Below, piece by piece: positions 11,501 to 24,313 of a DNA stretch of 64,000 nucleotides. Source of the DNA: Phyllobates terribilis. Lineage: Eukaryota. The stretch covers positions 452,538,001-452,602,000 of the forward strand of contig NW_027362764.1 of NCBI RefSeq assembly GCF_046119375.1, read 5' to 3'. A program made the translations under genes and the position numbers. The notes below the pieces were generated by a model. That model had not been told where the DNA came from, ran no database searches, and saw nothing but the letters and a program-made list of their open reading frames with translations. How positions within the stretch are numbered: position 1 is the stretch's first letter; every line of letters begins with the position of its first letter.

Positions 11501-12795
11501 CAAAAGTCACCTGTCAGAATCACTCGTCAAAATCACTCGTCAGAATCACTTGTCAGAATCACTCATCAAAATCACTTGTCTGAATCACTCGTCAGAATCA
11601 CTCGTCAAAATCACTCGTCAGAATCACTTGTCAGAATCACTCATCAAAATCACTCGTCAAAATCACTTGTCAGAATCACTCGTCAAAATCACCTGTCAGA
11701 ATCACTCGTCAGAATCACTCGTCAGAATCACTCATCAGAATCACTTGTCAGAATCACTCATCAAAATCACTCGTCAAAATCACTTGTCAGAATCACTCGT
11801 CAGAATCACTTGTCAGAATCACTTGTCAGAATCACTCATCAAAATCACTCGTCAAAATCACTTGTCAGAATAACTCGTCAAAATCACTTGTCAGAATCAC
11901 TCATCAAAATCACTCGTCAAAATCACTCATCAGAATCACTTGTCAGAATCACTCATCAAAATCACTTGTCTGAATCACTCGTCAGAATCACTCGTCAGAA
12001 TCACTCGTCAAAATCACTTGTCAGAATCACTCGTCAGAATCACTTGTCAGAATCACTCGTCAAAATCACTTGTCAGAATCACTTGTCAGAATCACTTGTC
12101 AGAATCACTCATCAAAATCACTCGTCAAAATCACTTGCCAGAATCACTCGTCAGAATCACTCATCAGAATCACTCAAAATCACCTGTCAGAATCACTCGT
12201 CGGAATCACTCGTCAGAATCACTCATCAGAATCACTTGTCAGAATCACTCATCAAAATCACTCGTCAAAATCACTTGTCAGAATCACTCGTCAGAATCAC
12301 TTGTCAGAATCACTTGTCAGAATCACTCATCAAAATCACTCGTCAAAATCACTTGTCAGAATAACTCGTCAAAATCACTTGTCAGAATAACTCATCAAAA
12401 TCACTTGTCAAAATCACTCGTCAGAATCACTCGTCAAAATCACTTGTCAGAATCACTCGTCAGAATCACTCATCAAAATCACTGATCAGAATCACTTGTC
12501 AGAATCACTCATCAAAATCACTTTTCAAAATCACTTGTCAGAATCACTCATCAAAATCACTCGTCAAAATCACTCGTCAAAATCACTTGTCAGAATCACC
12601 CGTCAGAATCACTCGTCAGAATCCCTCGTCAAAATCACTCGTCAAAATCACTTGTCAGAATCAATCATCAAAATCTCTTTTCAAAATCACTTGTCAGAAT
12701 CACTTGTCAGAATCACTTGTCAGAATTACTCATTAAAATCACTCGTCAAAATCACTTGTCAGAATCACTTATCAAAATCATTTATCAAAATCAGT
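11501..12795 (+). repeat. 13-bp minisatellite (TCA(G/A)AATCACT(C/T)(G/A))n, about 100 copies
   Basis: Direct reading; it produces the SESLVRITRQNH ORFs. Confidence 0.97.
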
Positions 12796-13007
12796 TCTCA
12801 GACAGGGTATTTAGCCTTAAACTGACATCATTCTGATGTTGGATTTTGATATCTGATCATGTCCTAAAATGGACACTGTATGCCTGATGTGCTGGGAGCC
12901 CTGATAACTCATACAACAGCTCAAGCTGCTTTTCTGCTCAGTCACACTCAGGTAGCACAAACATCAGTTTCATAGACAACTACTAGTAGAAAAATTTAAG
13001 GACAGTG

Positions 13008-13238
13008 TAGGGATTGTACTCACTTAGGTGCGGTGGGAGACAAAATGGTGATATGTTCCTTTAAATGTCCAGGACAGTTTATTTTCTTCATAAACGGGTC
13101 AAAAGCAAAATGCAAACAAACAGCCTTAGGTACAGGCAAAAACAAAGAATACAGTCCTTTTAGCAACGTCTCTAGTTAACCACGCTGTGGTCACACAGGC
13201 TGGTAGGCATCCATTACATTGCCGAGTCTGGAGACAAC
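13008..13238 (-). mobile_element. Possible LTR 3' fragment interrupted by the hAT at 13239
   Basis: The minus strand ends ...CCCTACA with an AATAAA upstream; no second LTR or TSD seen. Confidence 0.3.
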
Positions 13239-16200
13239 TAGTGATGAGCGAGCATACTCGCAAGTACTCGGTACTCGCCTGAGCATCTCAGTACTCAAGA
13301 TGCTCAGAGGTCGCCGAGTACATACGAGATGCTCAGGCAGATGCTCGGGTCCCCTCTTTAGAGCGCAAATAAACATGCAGGGACTGCCTGCCACTCACTG
13401 TAATGCCAATGCCATGTTGGTTGTGGCATTACAGTGATTGGCTGGCCGCACAGCCTCATCAGGTCTATATCAGATCTGGCACCACTGTGCTCGTCAGTCT
13501 ACTGCACAATCAGGCTGTGTATGGAGAGGTGCTGCTGAGATAGGGAGAAATTTAGATTTGTATTAGGTAGTGTAGGGAGAAAACAAGTACATTAGACATA
13601 TCCATCTCAGCAAGCAGTCCTTCTGAGGACTAATCCTTCTGCAGAGATATCAGGCAGGCAGTGTATATAGGCTGGCAGGCAGTGTATATAGCAGATTGCA
13701 GTGCATATAGCATAAGAGGCTCCATTTGAGTTCTGCCTACTGCTGCTGTTAGACATTTCTAGACAAAGGCCCAGGTCTCAGGGGCCAGGAATGTTTTTTT
13801 TTGGACCTTAATCCTCATTATTTGCTTAAAAAGCAATCCAGAGATCACCGTTTTTCTGTGCCATTTGCTTATTGGAACTGCAGAATAGAGCCAGGTCCTT
13901 TCTATATTACAGCGCTAAAAATCCAGTTATTTAAAATTGTGGTTTGTCCGTCACATGGATCACATATAATTGCGCTGAAAATTCTGCCATTTTTGGCCTC
14001 CATTCTAATTTTATTTCAGTGTGTCAGCAAAGTTTTTGACACCGGTTTGCTGTTCAAAATAGTTACCTACAGGACAGGTATTTAAAACTGTGGTTTGTCC
14101 GTCACACTGATCACATATACATTTCCAGAACATTCTGCCATTTCTAGCCTCCATTCTAATTTTATTTCAGTGTGTCATCAAAGTTTTTGACATCAGTTTT
14201 CTGTTCTAAATAGTTACCTACAAGACAGGCATTTACTGTGGTTTTCTCCGTCACACGGATTACATATAAATTCGCTCCAAATTCAGCCATCTGTAGTGAG
14301 CTTGGAAGATATTGTCCTCCATTTAAAATGAGCAAGGCATGTGGCAAGGGATGGGGGACTGGACGTGATGGTGATAGTGCATGTAGAGGTCGAGGCCGTG
14401 GGCAAGTTGAAATTGTGCCACAACAAACATTAGCATCTTCTCGCCCGACCTTCCTGTCCCAATTCCTAGGGGACAGCAGTACACCACTATATAAACCAGA
14501 GCAGTGTCAAAAGGTTGTTGGTTGGATAGCGGATAAAGTTTCCAGCCACTTTGCCACCACCACCACCACCACCCTGTATTCCACACGGTCAAGTCTCAGT
14601 AGCCGTGAGTCTGGACTGCATTCCTCCCCCTGATCCTCCTTCCTCCCACCATGCTGAGTGCCCGGAGACAACTGATCCCACACTTGGACACTCAGAAGAG
14701 CTGTTCACTTTTCCATTTATAGATTTGGGCCTCTCGCCCTGTCCACTTGAAGGGGGCAAGAGGAGATCGCATGTAGCGATTCCCAAATACTTGAGCAGCC
14801 ACAGTCACACGAAGGCGATGGTGAGAAAGTGTCACAAGGCGGACGATGATGAGACACAATTGCCAGAAAGTCAGGAGAAGGACCAGGGTGTGGAAGTGGA
14901 AGACAAGGTGGTGGATGATATAGTAACTTACCCAACCTGGCAGAAGGACATGTAGAGCAAGGGTAGCAGCACACAGGGGAAGGGAGGCGTAACACCCCAA
15001 CAGGCAGGAAGAAGCAGTGTGGAGGCTGCAGATAGAAGGAAGGCAACCGTTCCCCGTAACACCAACACGAAGGATGTTGCCAGTACAACTGTTAGGTATT
15101 CCCAAGTCAGGTTGTTTTTTAAAGACTCTGCTGATAACCCCAAAAAGGCCATTTGCACCACCTGCCAGGCCAGCATCAGCAGGGGTGGCAAAACTAGCAG
15201 CCTGACAACCACCTGCATGATCAGGCACATGGCAGCAAAGCACCCGACTTTGTGGGCCGAACTTCAGGGTCCAGGAACAGAGTCTGCGTGTGGCACCACT
15301 GATTCTTCCGCTGTTGGGCATGCAAGCCAATCTCCTGTCTATGGTGCATGCAAAGATGCCTCATGCCATGCATCTGTCGTTGCGCAATCTCAAATAGCAG
15401 CATCAGGAAGCACGTCCACATCCATGTCCCAGCGCAGCGTTCAGTTGTCCATACCCCAGTCCTTGGAACTCAAGTGCAAATACGCAGCCAACGCCCCACA
15501 GGCCACACTACTAAATTTCCACATTTCATGACTACTTGCGCTTGAAATGTTGCCTTTTAGGCTTTTAGAGATGGAAGCACTCCGCAATCAGATGGCTGAA
15601 TATGCTTAGATGACAAACCGCACAATGCTGAAGAGCTGAGGACAGCTCTGGAAGAGCAGCCAGATCTGTGGCTCACACGGCTGAACCTACAGCCAGGCAT
15701 GGTCGTGTGTGACAATGGCCAAAACCTGGTGGTGGCTCTAAGGTGAGGCGAGCTCACACCCGTACCATGCCTAGCCTATGTACTTAAACTCGTAGTTTAG
15801 CAGTTTCTCAAATCCTAACCGAAGCTGCCGAAACTGCTTGTTAAAGTACTCCGCCTGTGTGCCCATTTTAGAAAGTCACCTACAGCTTCTTCCACCCATG
15901 CCATGTTTCAGCAGCGTTTGAAGCATCCAGCTCACAGACTGGTGTGTAATGTCCGCACGCGTTGGAACTCTACACTGCAGATGTTGGGAAGGATTGGTGA
16001 GCAGAAATGGGCAGTTGTTCAGTACCGGCATCAACAAGGCCGTCAATATTCAGTTCAGACTTCACACATAAGACCTCAGGACTGGACATGGATGTCAGAC
16101 ATACATTACAGACAAAAAGTTTGGATACACCTTCTCATTTAAAGATTTTTCTGTATTTTCATGACTATGAAAATTGTACATTCACACTGAAGGCATCAAA

Positions 16201-16842
16201 ACTATGGATTAACACATGTGGAATTATATACTTAACAAAAAAGTGTGAAATAACTGAAAATATGTCTTATATTCTAGGTTCTTCAAAGTAGCCACCTTTT
16301 GCTTTGATGACTGCTTCGAACACTCTTGGCATTCTCTTGATGAGTTTCAAAAGGTAGTCACTGGAAATGGTTTTCACTTCACAGGTGTGCCCTGTCAGGT
16401 TTAATTAGTGGGATTTCTTGCCTTACAAAAGGGGTTGGGACCATCAGTTGAGTTGTGCAGAAGTCTGGTGGATACACAGCTGATAGTCCTACTGAATAGA
16501 CTGTTAGAATTTGTATTATGGTAAGAAAAAAGCAGCTAAGTAAAGAAAAATGAGTGGTCATCATTACTTTAAGAAATGAAGGTCAGTCAGTCCGAAAAAT
16601 TGGGCAAACTTTGAAAGTGTCCCCAAGTGCAGTTGCAAAAACCATCAAGCACTACAAAGAAACTGGCTCACATGAGGACCGCCCCAGGAAAGGAAGACCA
16701 AGAGTCACCACTGCTTCTGAGGATAAGTTTATCCAAGTCACTAGCCTCAGAAATTGCTGGTTAACAGCAGCTCAGATTAGAGACCAGGTCACTGCCACAC
16801 AGAGTTCTAACAGCAGACACATCTCTACAACAACTGTTAAGA

Positions 16843-17461
16843 TATACAACGAAGGAAAAAATACGATCAAAGCTACACAGCAGGTAGTTAATCATAAAAT
16901 CTAGCTTTTATTAAATATATGATATGTCAGTAACCATATAATATAGAAGTAAGGACTACCTGGACAGAAGGCTGGCGGCAGGAATGCTCACATGTGGACC
17001 GCGCGTCCACCCCGACGCGCGTTTCGGCGTTACCTTCTTCAGGGGTTACTGACATGGGTATCTTGTTTACAGTTGGGCAGCACTAGCTGACCACCAATGA
17101 TACACTACTTGGACTTATACAGTAGAGATCTGCTGATCAGGAGCACTAGTGTTTATACTATATTTTGGTGGGTGTTTCACATGTGGACTTCTGTGTCCAT
17201 TGAGCATGATGGTATTTTAAGATATTTTTTGTTATGTACGTTGTGCACTGTTTCTGCCATACTATGAGATGCATTCTTTTTATATCATATATTTAATAAA
17301 AGCTAGATTTTATGATTAACTACCTGCTGTGTAGCTTTGATCGTATTTTTTCCTTCGTTGTATATGTATGATTAGCGTTTTGTCTACAATAAATGTCATT
17401 AGGTGCTAGCCATGGAGCTCTAACTATTAGTTAATATGCACCTGCTGAGAAACTTCTATTA
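16843..17461 (-). mobile_element. Short Penelope-like insertion (terminal-repeat remnant) inside the Tc1
   Basis: 14-bp TSD AACAACTGTTAAGA (16829-16842 and 17462-17475); ~85-bp inverted repeat (16843-16926 vs 17283-17366); hammerhead motif. Confidence 0.85.
17010..17045 (-). ncRNA. Minimal type I hammerhead ribozyme motif (PLE-type)
   Basis: Minus strand reads CCC-CTGAAGA-AGGTAACGCC-GAA-AC GCGC GT-C-GGG: intact core, palindromic stem III and a GUC cleavage triplet. Confidence 0.85.
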
Positions 17462-20400
17462 AACAACTGTTAAGAGGAGACTTTGTGCAGCAGGCCTTCA
17501 TGGTAAAATAGCTGCTAGGAAACCACTGCTAAGGACAGGCAACAAGCAAAAGAGAATTGTTTGGGCTAAAGAACACAAGCAATGGACATTAGAGCAGTGG
17601 AAATCTGTGCTTTGGTCTGATGAGTCCAAATTTGAGATCTTTGGTTCCAACCACCGTGTCTTTGTGCAATGCAGAAAAGGTGAACGGATGGACTCTACAT
17701 GCCTGGTTCCCACCGTGAAGCATGGAGGAGGAGGTGTGATGGTGTGGGGGTGCTTTTCTGGTGACACTGTTGGGGATTTATTCAAAATTGAAGGCATACT
17801 GAACCAGCATGGGTACCACAGCATCTTGCAGCGGCATGTTATTCCATCCGGTTTGCGTTTCGTTGGACCATCATTTATTTTTCAACAGGACAATGACCCC
17901 AAACACACCTCCAGGCTGTGTAAGGGCTATTTGACCAAGACGGAGAGTGATGGGCTGCTACGCCAGATGACCTGGCCTCCACAGTCACCAGACCTGAACC
18001 CAATCGAGATGGTTTGGGGTGAGCTGGACCGCAGAGTGACGGCAAAAGTGCCAACAAGTGCTAAGCATCTCTGGGAACTCCTTCAAGATTGTTGGAACAC
18101 CCTTTCCGGTGACTATTTCTTGAAGCTCATCAAGAGAATGCCAAGAGTGTGCAAAGCAGTCATCAAAGCAAAAGGTGGCTACTTTGAAGAACCTAGAATA
18201 TAAGACATATATCCAGTTGTTTCACACTTTTTTGTTAAGTATATAATTCCACATGTGTTAATTCATAGTTTTTATGCCTTCAGTGTGAATGTACAATTTT
18301 CATAGTCATGAAAATACAGAAAAATCTTTAAATGAGAAGGTGTGTCCAAACTTTTGGTCTGTACTGTATGTATCGTCCTCCAAAACTTTGAGGACTCCAC
18401 CAAGATGGAGAGCGGCAATGAGGTAATAATTAGCATCACCATCCCACTTCTCTGTCTTCTGAAATGCTCTCTGCTCACAATCAAAGAGGATGCATTGCAG
18501 GCGGAGCACCATGAGATTGAGCAACGAACCATACAGGGTGATTACACACAGCCCTGCCTCATCTCATCCCATCGTGGATTGGGTGACAATGAGGAAGAGG
18601 AGGAGGAGGAAGAACAGGAGCTATAGACGGTACTACCTGCACAACTGTCATACCGTTTGTTCAGTGTGGATGGCCTAAGTACAGGGAGGAGGAGGAGAGC
18701 ATGGTCCGTCATCCTCTTGATGAGGACACGGAAGTCTTGCCTGTTAGTTGCCTGAGTTTATGTTGCGCTGCCTTTCCCATGACCCTCGCGTTCTCCAAAT
18801 TTTGGGTGACAGTCATTACTGGTTGGTGACACTTCTAGACCCACGCTACAAGGAGAACTTTATATCTCTTATTCCTGAGGCGGACAGGTCTACAAAATGG
18901 GTCAGTACCAGAAGGCCCTTGTTGTGGAACTATTAAAAAGATTCCCATCTGAAAATGCTGGCGGTAGTGGTCACAGTTCGTTGGACAACCAAGGAGTACA
19001 GCTGAGAGAGACACAACTTCAATCCAGCAGAGGCAGAGGAACACTGTCAAAGTTCTGGGAGAATTTTCTCAGCCCCTCCAATCACTCAGGCCCTGAGGTA
19101 CCTTGCCGACTGTACCAACATCCTCCGTGATTCCTCTGTGCCTTATAATTATTGGGTATCTAAGTTGGATACATGGAATGAACTGGCTCTCTACACCTTG
19201 GAGGTCCTGGCCTGCCCTGCCACTAGCTTTTTATCAGAGCGGGTTCTTAGTGCCGCTGGTGGAATTATTACTCATAAGCGCATAACTGAAAATGCTTACA
19301 GTCTGACTCTTATAAAATTGAACAAGGGCTGGATTGGGCCAGACTTCTCAACACCACCAAATGATAGCAGCGTAACATAAACTCAAATCCAGTTTCTTTT
19401 TTTGGAAGGTGTATTCCCATGCACCTCTTCACACCCACACATGGGTATACGTTTCCTGATTTTGGCTATTTACTCTTGTCCTCCTCCTTCTCCTCATCCT
19501 CATCCTCCACCACCATATCACCAGGGTGACCTTGGTCCATGACCCACATAATTTTTTTTAAAGGATGTTTATGATGCCCGTAAAAACATTTTTTATGCAG
19601 TATGTTCATGTATACCCCCCAGGGGTAAATGTTTGTCAGTCCATACACTTAGTGCATGCGCATTACAAGTATAGGAGACCCGTTCCTTTATAATGCGAAA
19701 ACATTTTATGAGGCCCTCCTCCACGTCTCTTCCAAGGGGCATTGGAGTGCCTCCCAATTTTTGGCAGCCCTTGCATTCACTGCACAGGCCAACACTATGG
19801 GAGACCCACTTCCTAATGATGGGAGCATTTTTTTTTCAGGAGGCCCTCCTCTACGTCTACGTCTCTTCCAAGGGGCATTGGAGTGCCTCTCAGTCATCAA
19901 CCGATACCGAGACCTCAGATAGTGAACATAGAACAAGAAACTTCAGAGGGAGAAATATAAAAAGAGGGAGAGGAAGGGATCAATTTAGGGGACAAAATAA
20001 ATTCCAAACAAATGAGAGTGGTCTTTTTTTAGAAACAAATTAACCACTGTAAAGTCAGATGGATCCTCTGAGAAATATGAAATAGAGGGACAAGTTATCA
20101 ATCTATCATCCCATAACCTAATGGAGATTGAGCTCTCTCTGTGTTAAAAGGTCTGTCATTTGTCCCTTCGTCAGATTTTGATCTTCTTGACACTGTCAAA
20201 GATCTTAATCTATTTGCACACAAATATAAGTGGAGGAAGCTTTTTCTGAGACAAGATAACATGCTGAGTAAGGAATTGGGTGTTCCAACAGATATGATAA
20301 CTGAAATAGACTTCTAGAAAGCCCAGCTTTAGGAGGCCCCAAACGATGGGGAATGGACAGGTCTCAAGAGAAAAAGCACAAAAATGCCACCCCCACAAAA

Positions 20401-21480
20401 TGAAATGTCAAATATAGACATTTTTGTTAGCTTGGTGTCTAAAGATCTTGAGACTCTGAACATATCCAACATCTATTCCAAGTTCAACTGCATGAAAGGA
20501 AAATATGGCAGTGAGGGGTTTGGAACAGAAGCACCACATTGTAATAAAATCTTCAGACAAGGAAGGCAATGTGGTGGTTCTGGGTGTTGATCAGCACCGA
20601 CAGATGTGTATCAACATTTTGGCAGATGGCACAGGATATGCAAAATTAACAGTCAATCCTTTAAAGGTGTTTCAGGCAGAATTTAAGATAATTCCTAAGT
20701 CCCCTAAAAGGAAGACCCATAGTGTCGGGAATCAATAGCTTCTGCCAAAATGTTGGACAGTAGCTGGATCACATTCTGAGACCCTTTGTTTCTCTCTGCC
20801 CTCATATACCAGGAACACGACAGATCTCTTAAAATTGAAAATATCTCAGTCGATAGAGAAAGCCTATTAGTAAGTATAGACGTGGAGGCACTGTATTCGT
20901 CCATTCCACACAGTAAATGGTTGGAAGCTGTAAACCATTTTCTATCCACAATGGGCCAACAATTTGCATTACACAATGAGTTTGTGCTTAAAATCTTGGA
21001 GTTCTGCCTCACAAGGAATTTTTTTGTTTTTGACTGGGTCTTCTACTTCCAGCTCAGGGGCACAGTGATGGGGAGCCCTTGTGCCCCCTCGTTTGTCAAC
21101 TTTATCCTGGGCTGGTGGCAGAGAGGATGGTCTTCAGTGAGGAGAACGAAAATGTGTCAGCTAATGGGAATGTAGAGATGTGGGCCCGCTGTATAAATAT
21201 AGATGATAATTTTGTCATATGGCATGGCACCACTGAAGAATTATTATTATTGTCAATGGTCTTAACAACCATTCCATAGGACTGTGGTTCACCTATGAGT
21301 GCAGCGCAAATAAATTGGCTGTCCTTGACGTGTTGATCTAGAAGACCGAAACGAGCCTTCAGGAAACCTGTACATAAAGGAAACCTACCTCTACTAACAT
21401 TATTTTAAGATGGGAAAGTAACCACCCGGAACCGTTAAAAAGAGGCATACCTAAAAGCCAATATCTTAGAATATAGACGT

Positions 21481-23326
21481 GGTGTTTCAGGTGGTCCTCA
21501 TACGTCTTGGAATATACGATGACATCGTCCAGGTACAACAGGACCGTCTCGAAGTTTCTGTGGCCCAGACAACACTCCATTAATCGTTGGAAGGTTCCTG
21601 GTGCGTTTCAGAGTCCGAACGGCATGCAGGTGAACTCGCTAAGTCCCATCGGGGTGGTGAATGCGGTCTTCTCCCGGTCCGCCTCTGCTACAGGAACCTG
21701 CCAGTACCCGCTAGTGAGATCCAAGGTAGAGAAGAAGTTAGCAGATCTTAAAGCAGCCAATGACTCCTCTATCCTTGGTAAGGGGTACGCATCCTTGTGT
21801 GTGATACGGTTGATTTTCCGGTAATCTACACACATCCTCATGGTGTTGTCTTTTTTTTTGACTAAGACTAGTGGAGCTGCCCAGGGGCTACAGCTATCCC
21901 TAATCACCCCAGCCTCCTTCATGTCTCTAAGCATCCCCTTGGCGTGTTGGTAGTGGGCAGGGGGTACGGGTCGATACCTCTCTTTTATAGGAGGATGGTC
22001 TCCCGTGGGGATGTGGTGTTCTACCCCCTTGACTCGCCCGAAGTCTAACGGGTGTTTACTGAACACTCTCTCGTACTCTTGAACCACCCGATAGACTCCT
22101 TGTTTCTGGTGTGCGGGAGTGGAGTCAGTACCCAGATGTAGTTGCTGACACCAGTCCTCCATGTTTTTCTTAGAGCCGTTACCTTCCTCCGGGTGAGATG
22201 GAGGCAAGGGTTCCACAGATTGTATAGAATTTTGGTTAATGGTATATAATTTGGCTAGCGTGGCATACCGGGGCAGGTACACTTCCCTCTCCCCGATATT
22301 TATTATGCGAACGGGCACCCTCCCATGGCGTACATCAACCACCCCCCGTGCTGTCAAAATGGTGGGCCTACTGTCCGAGTAAACTGGTTCTACCATTGCC
22401 TGGTAATCCCTACCTCTCATGGCAATAGGAAAAGGGTCACACATTCTTACGCTACCAATCTCACCGCCGGAGAGTTCCACCTGTTGCCGTCGCATCAGTG
22501 CCCGGATCTCTTTCTGGAGCACCCGCTGCTCGCCGGAGCTGGCGTTCTTGGCAACCTGCTGTAAAAGGAAAATCACCTCTGCAAGACAATTTTCAATTAC
22601 ATTAGTTCCTAGAGTTATTTTTGGGTGACTCTCATGTTTGTCAATATCTACAATGATCAGTCCCTGTGCTGCCAGTTCGACTCTACCGATTTTGATGGTC
22701 ACCTCTTTAAATCCGATCTGTGGCACGGGCTGGCCATTGCTGGCGATGATACTCAAGTCGTCGTCAGGGTAGCGGGTAATATCCGAGTCATTCCAGTACT
22801 GCTTAAAGAGCACGTACGGGATGGTGGTGACCTGTGACCCGGTGTCCAGTAGGGCACTCATGGGAATGCCATCCAGTACCACAGGCAAGACTGGACGTCC
22901 TCCCAGATATCTGTCGCGCCAGTTCGATGGGCCTGGTGATCTTTTTCCTGGGGGTTGGCCCTCTACCCCAGGTTGTGCCCGTTTAAAGAACAGTACCTTG
23001 CCATATGTCCGGGTTGATTGCAGCGGCGGCAGATGGGTAGTCCGTCCTCGCTGTATCGGTCACTGGGTCTTCCTCTGGCCGGTGGGGTCCTCCTTGGTCG
23101 ACGCCACGGGATGTCCTCCGGTCCGGATGCCAGCTGGATCTTCCCTGGGGTGGAAGCCTGTAAAGACTGCACAGTTCGGGTTAGCGCAGCAACGCTCTTA
23201 GCTAGCTCTTGGACCTAATGGTGTAGGTCTGGAGCCGGGTCATTGTCCAAAGCCTGCGCATCAGCTCCCACAGGCCCTGCCGACAAAGGCGCCGCCTCCT
23301 GGTGGTAAGTGATAGCAGGGCGCCTG
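21481..23326 (-). mobile_element. Gypsy/Ty3 internal fragment without LTRs (gag zinc knuckle, protease, N-terminal RT)
   Basis: CRRCNQPGHMARYC; ALLDTGSQVT; SPWAAPLVLVKKKD..RMCVDYRK; LDLTSGYWQV; LYLDDVIVY. Confidence 0.95.
21608..22888 (-). pseudogene. Gypsy pol fragment (aspartic protease plus RT N-terminal part), 426 aa open
   Basis: Supplied ORF with DTGS and RT motifs; a frameshift follows PFGL. Confidence 0.9.
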
Positions 23327-23456
23327 TAGATGTAACTGCTTAAATGAGACATTGTTCCAGTTACAGGCTAATGATATGCACGTTAGATTAATAAATATAG
23401 GTTATCCAGAGAGAATACTGAAAAAGGCTTACAATCAAACTAAATTCTAAATCAGG

Positions 23457-24044
23457 TTGGAACTTCTGGTCCCCAGGAGAAAGGAGAAAGAAGAGGACAA
23501 TATAATTAGCTTCATAACCACATTCTCAAATGGGTCAAAGAAGGTGAGAAATATATTCAATAAACACTGGCCCATCTTGACAATGGACCCCGAATTTAAA
23601 GTTAAACTGGGACAACATCCAAAAATCACTTACCGCAGGGGAAGATCCTTTAGAGACCAACTCGTAAAAAGCCATTTTTCAACATTGAAACAAAATACCT
23701 GGCTGAGTCGAGATCTCAGGGGGTGTTTCAAATGCGGAGGTTGTGTGGCATGCCCAGTAATGACAAAAAGCAAGACCTTTAAATCTAGCATTACACAAGA
23801 GGAACTTACCATAAACAGTTTTATCAACTGCAAATCCCAGGAGGTCATCTACAAAGAAACGTGTGATTGCGGGCTCGAATATGTCGGTAAGACAAATAAA
23901 GTGCTAAGAAGAAGGTTGGGTGACCACCTTAGCGACATAGTGCATAGGAGAGACACGCCCCTAGCAAAGCATATTAATAGCATACATGGGGGATCCAAAA
24001 AAGCGGTAACATTTAATGGTATAGAGAAAGTCGAAAACCCTTAA
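23457..24044 (+). pseudogene. Penelope GIY-YIG endonuclease domain
   Basis: CFKCGGCVAC; NCKSQEVIYKETCDCGLEYVGKT...RRRLGDH. Confidence 0.9.
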
Positions 24045-24271
24045 GAGGGGACAATTGAGATCGGCTGATCCTACAACGAGAAGCAAGGTGGGTCTTTAAG
24101 CTTAATACTATCTCCTCGCTTGGTCTTAATGAACAACTAAACTTTGGATGCTTCTTATAGACAACTGTGGTATTGGCCACTTTCATCTCACCTGTCCATA
24201 AAAACCCAAACTATATCTCCCTTTAGGTCAACACATGTGGTTGGCAATTGTTAGATGTTCGCAAGAGGAAA

Positions 24272-24313
24272 ATTCCTGATGAAGAAGTCGGATGACTTTG
24301 AAACATGTTGATA
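24272..24313 (+). ncRNA. Degenerate type I hammerhead ribozyme motif
   Basis: ATTC-CTGATGA-A-GAAGTC ggat GACTTT-GAAAC ATGTT-GATA; ACATGT is the CpG-decayed form of the ACGCGT palindrome. Confidence 0.7.

Larger units (their letters stand above)
16104..18366 (+). mobile_element. Tc1 family A, copy 2, nested in the hAT transposase
   Basis: TIRs with TA TSD; removing it restores GAC ATA TGT ATC GTC CTC (WMSD-I-CIVLQNFEDS). Transposase spans 16518-18203 with an early TGA. Confidence 0.96.
14328..19380 (+). pseudogene. hAT transposase pseudogene (BED zinc finger, RW motif, C-terminal dimerisation domain)
   Basis: FFKDSADNPKKAICTTC...MIRHMAAKH; CNVRTRWNSTLQML; WNELALYTLEVLACPATSFLSERVLSAAG. Has stops, an internal deletion and a nested Tc1. 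Confidence 0.9.
13239..19886 (+). mobile_element. hAT (Ac-type) transposon, family 2, right end missing
   Basis: Left TIR TAGTGATGAGCG with dense subterminal ACTCG/CGAG repeats; BED finger and hAT dimerisation domain; truncated by the PLE near 19887. Confidence 0.88.

Noticed and set aside
11412-12825. Repetitive ORFs up to 288 aa (SESLVRITRQNH)
   Set aside because: Artefact of a stop-poor 13-bp repeat; no start context or domain.
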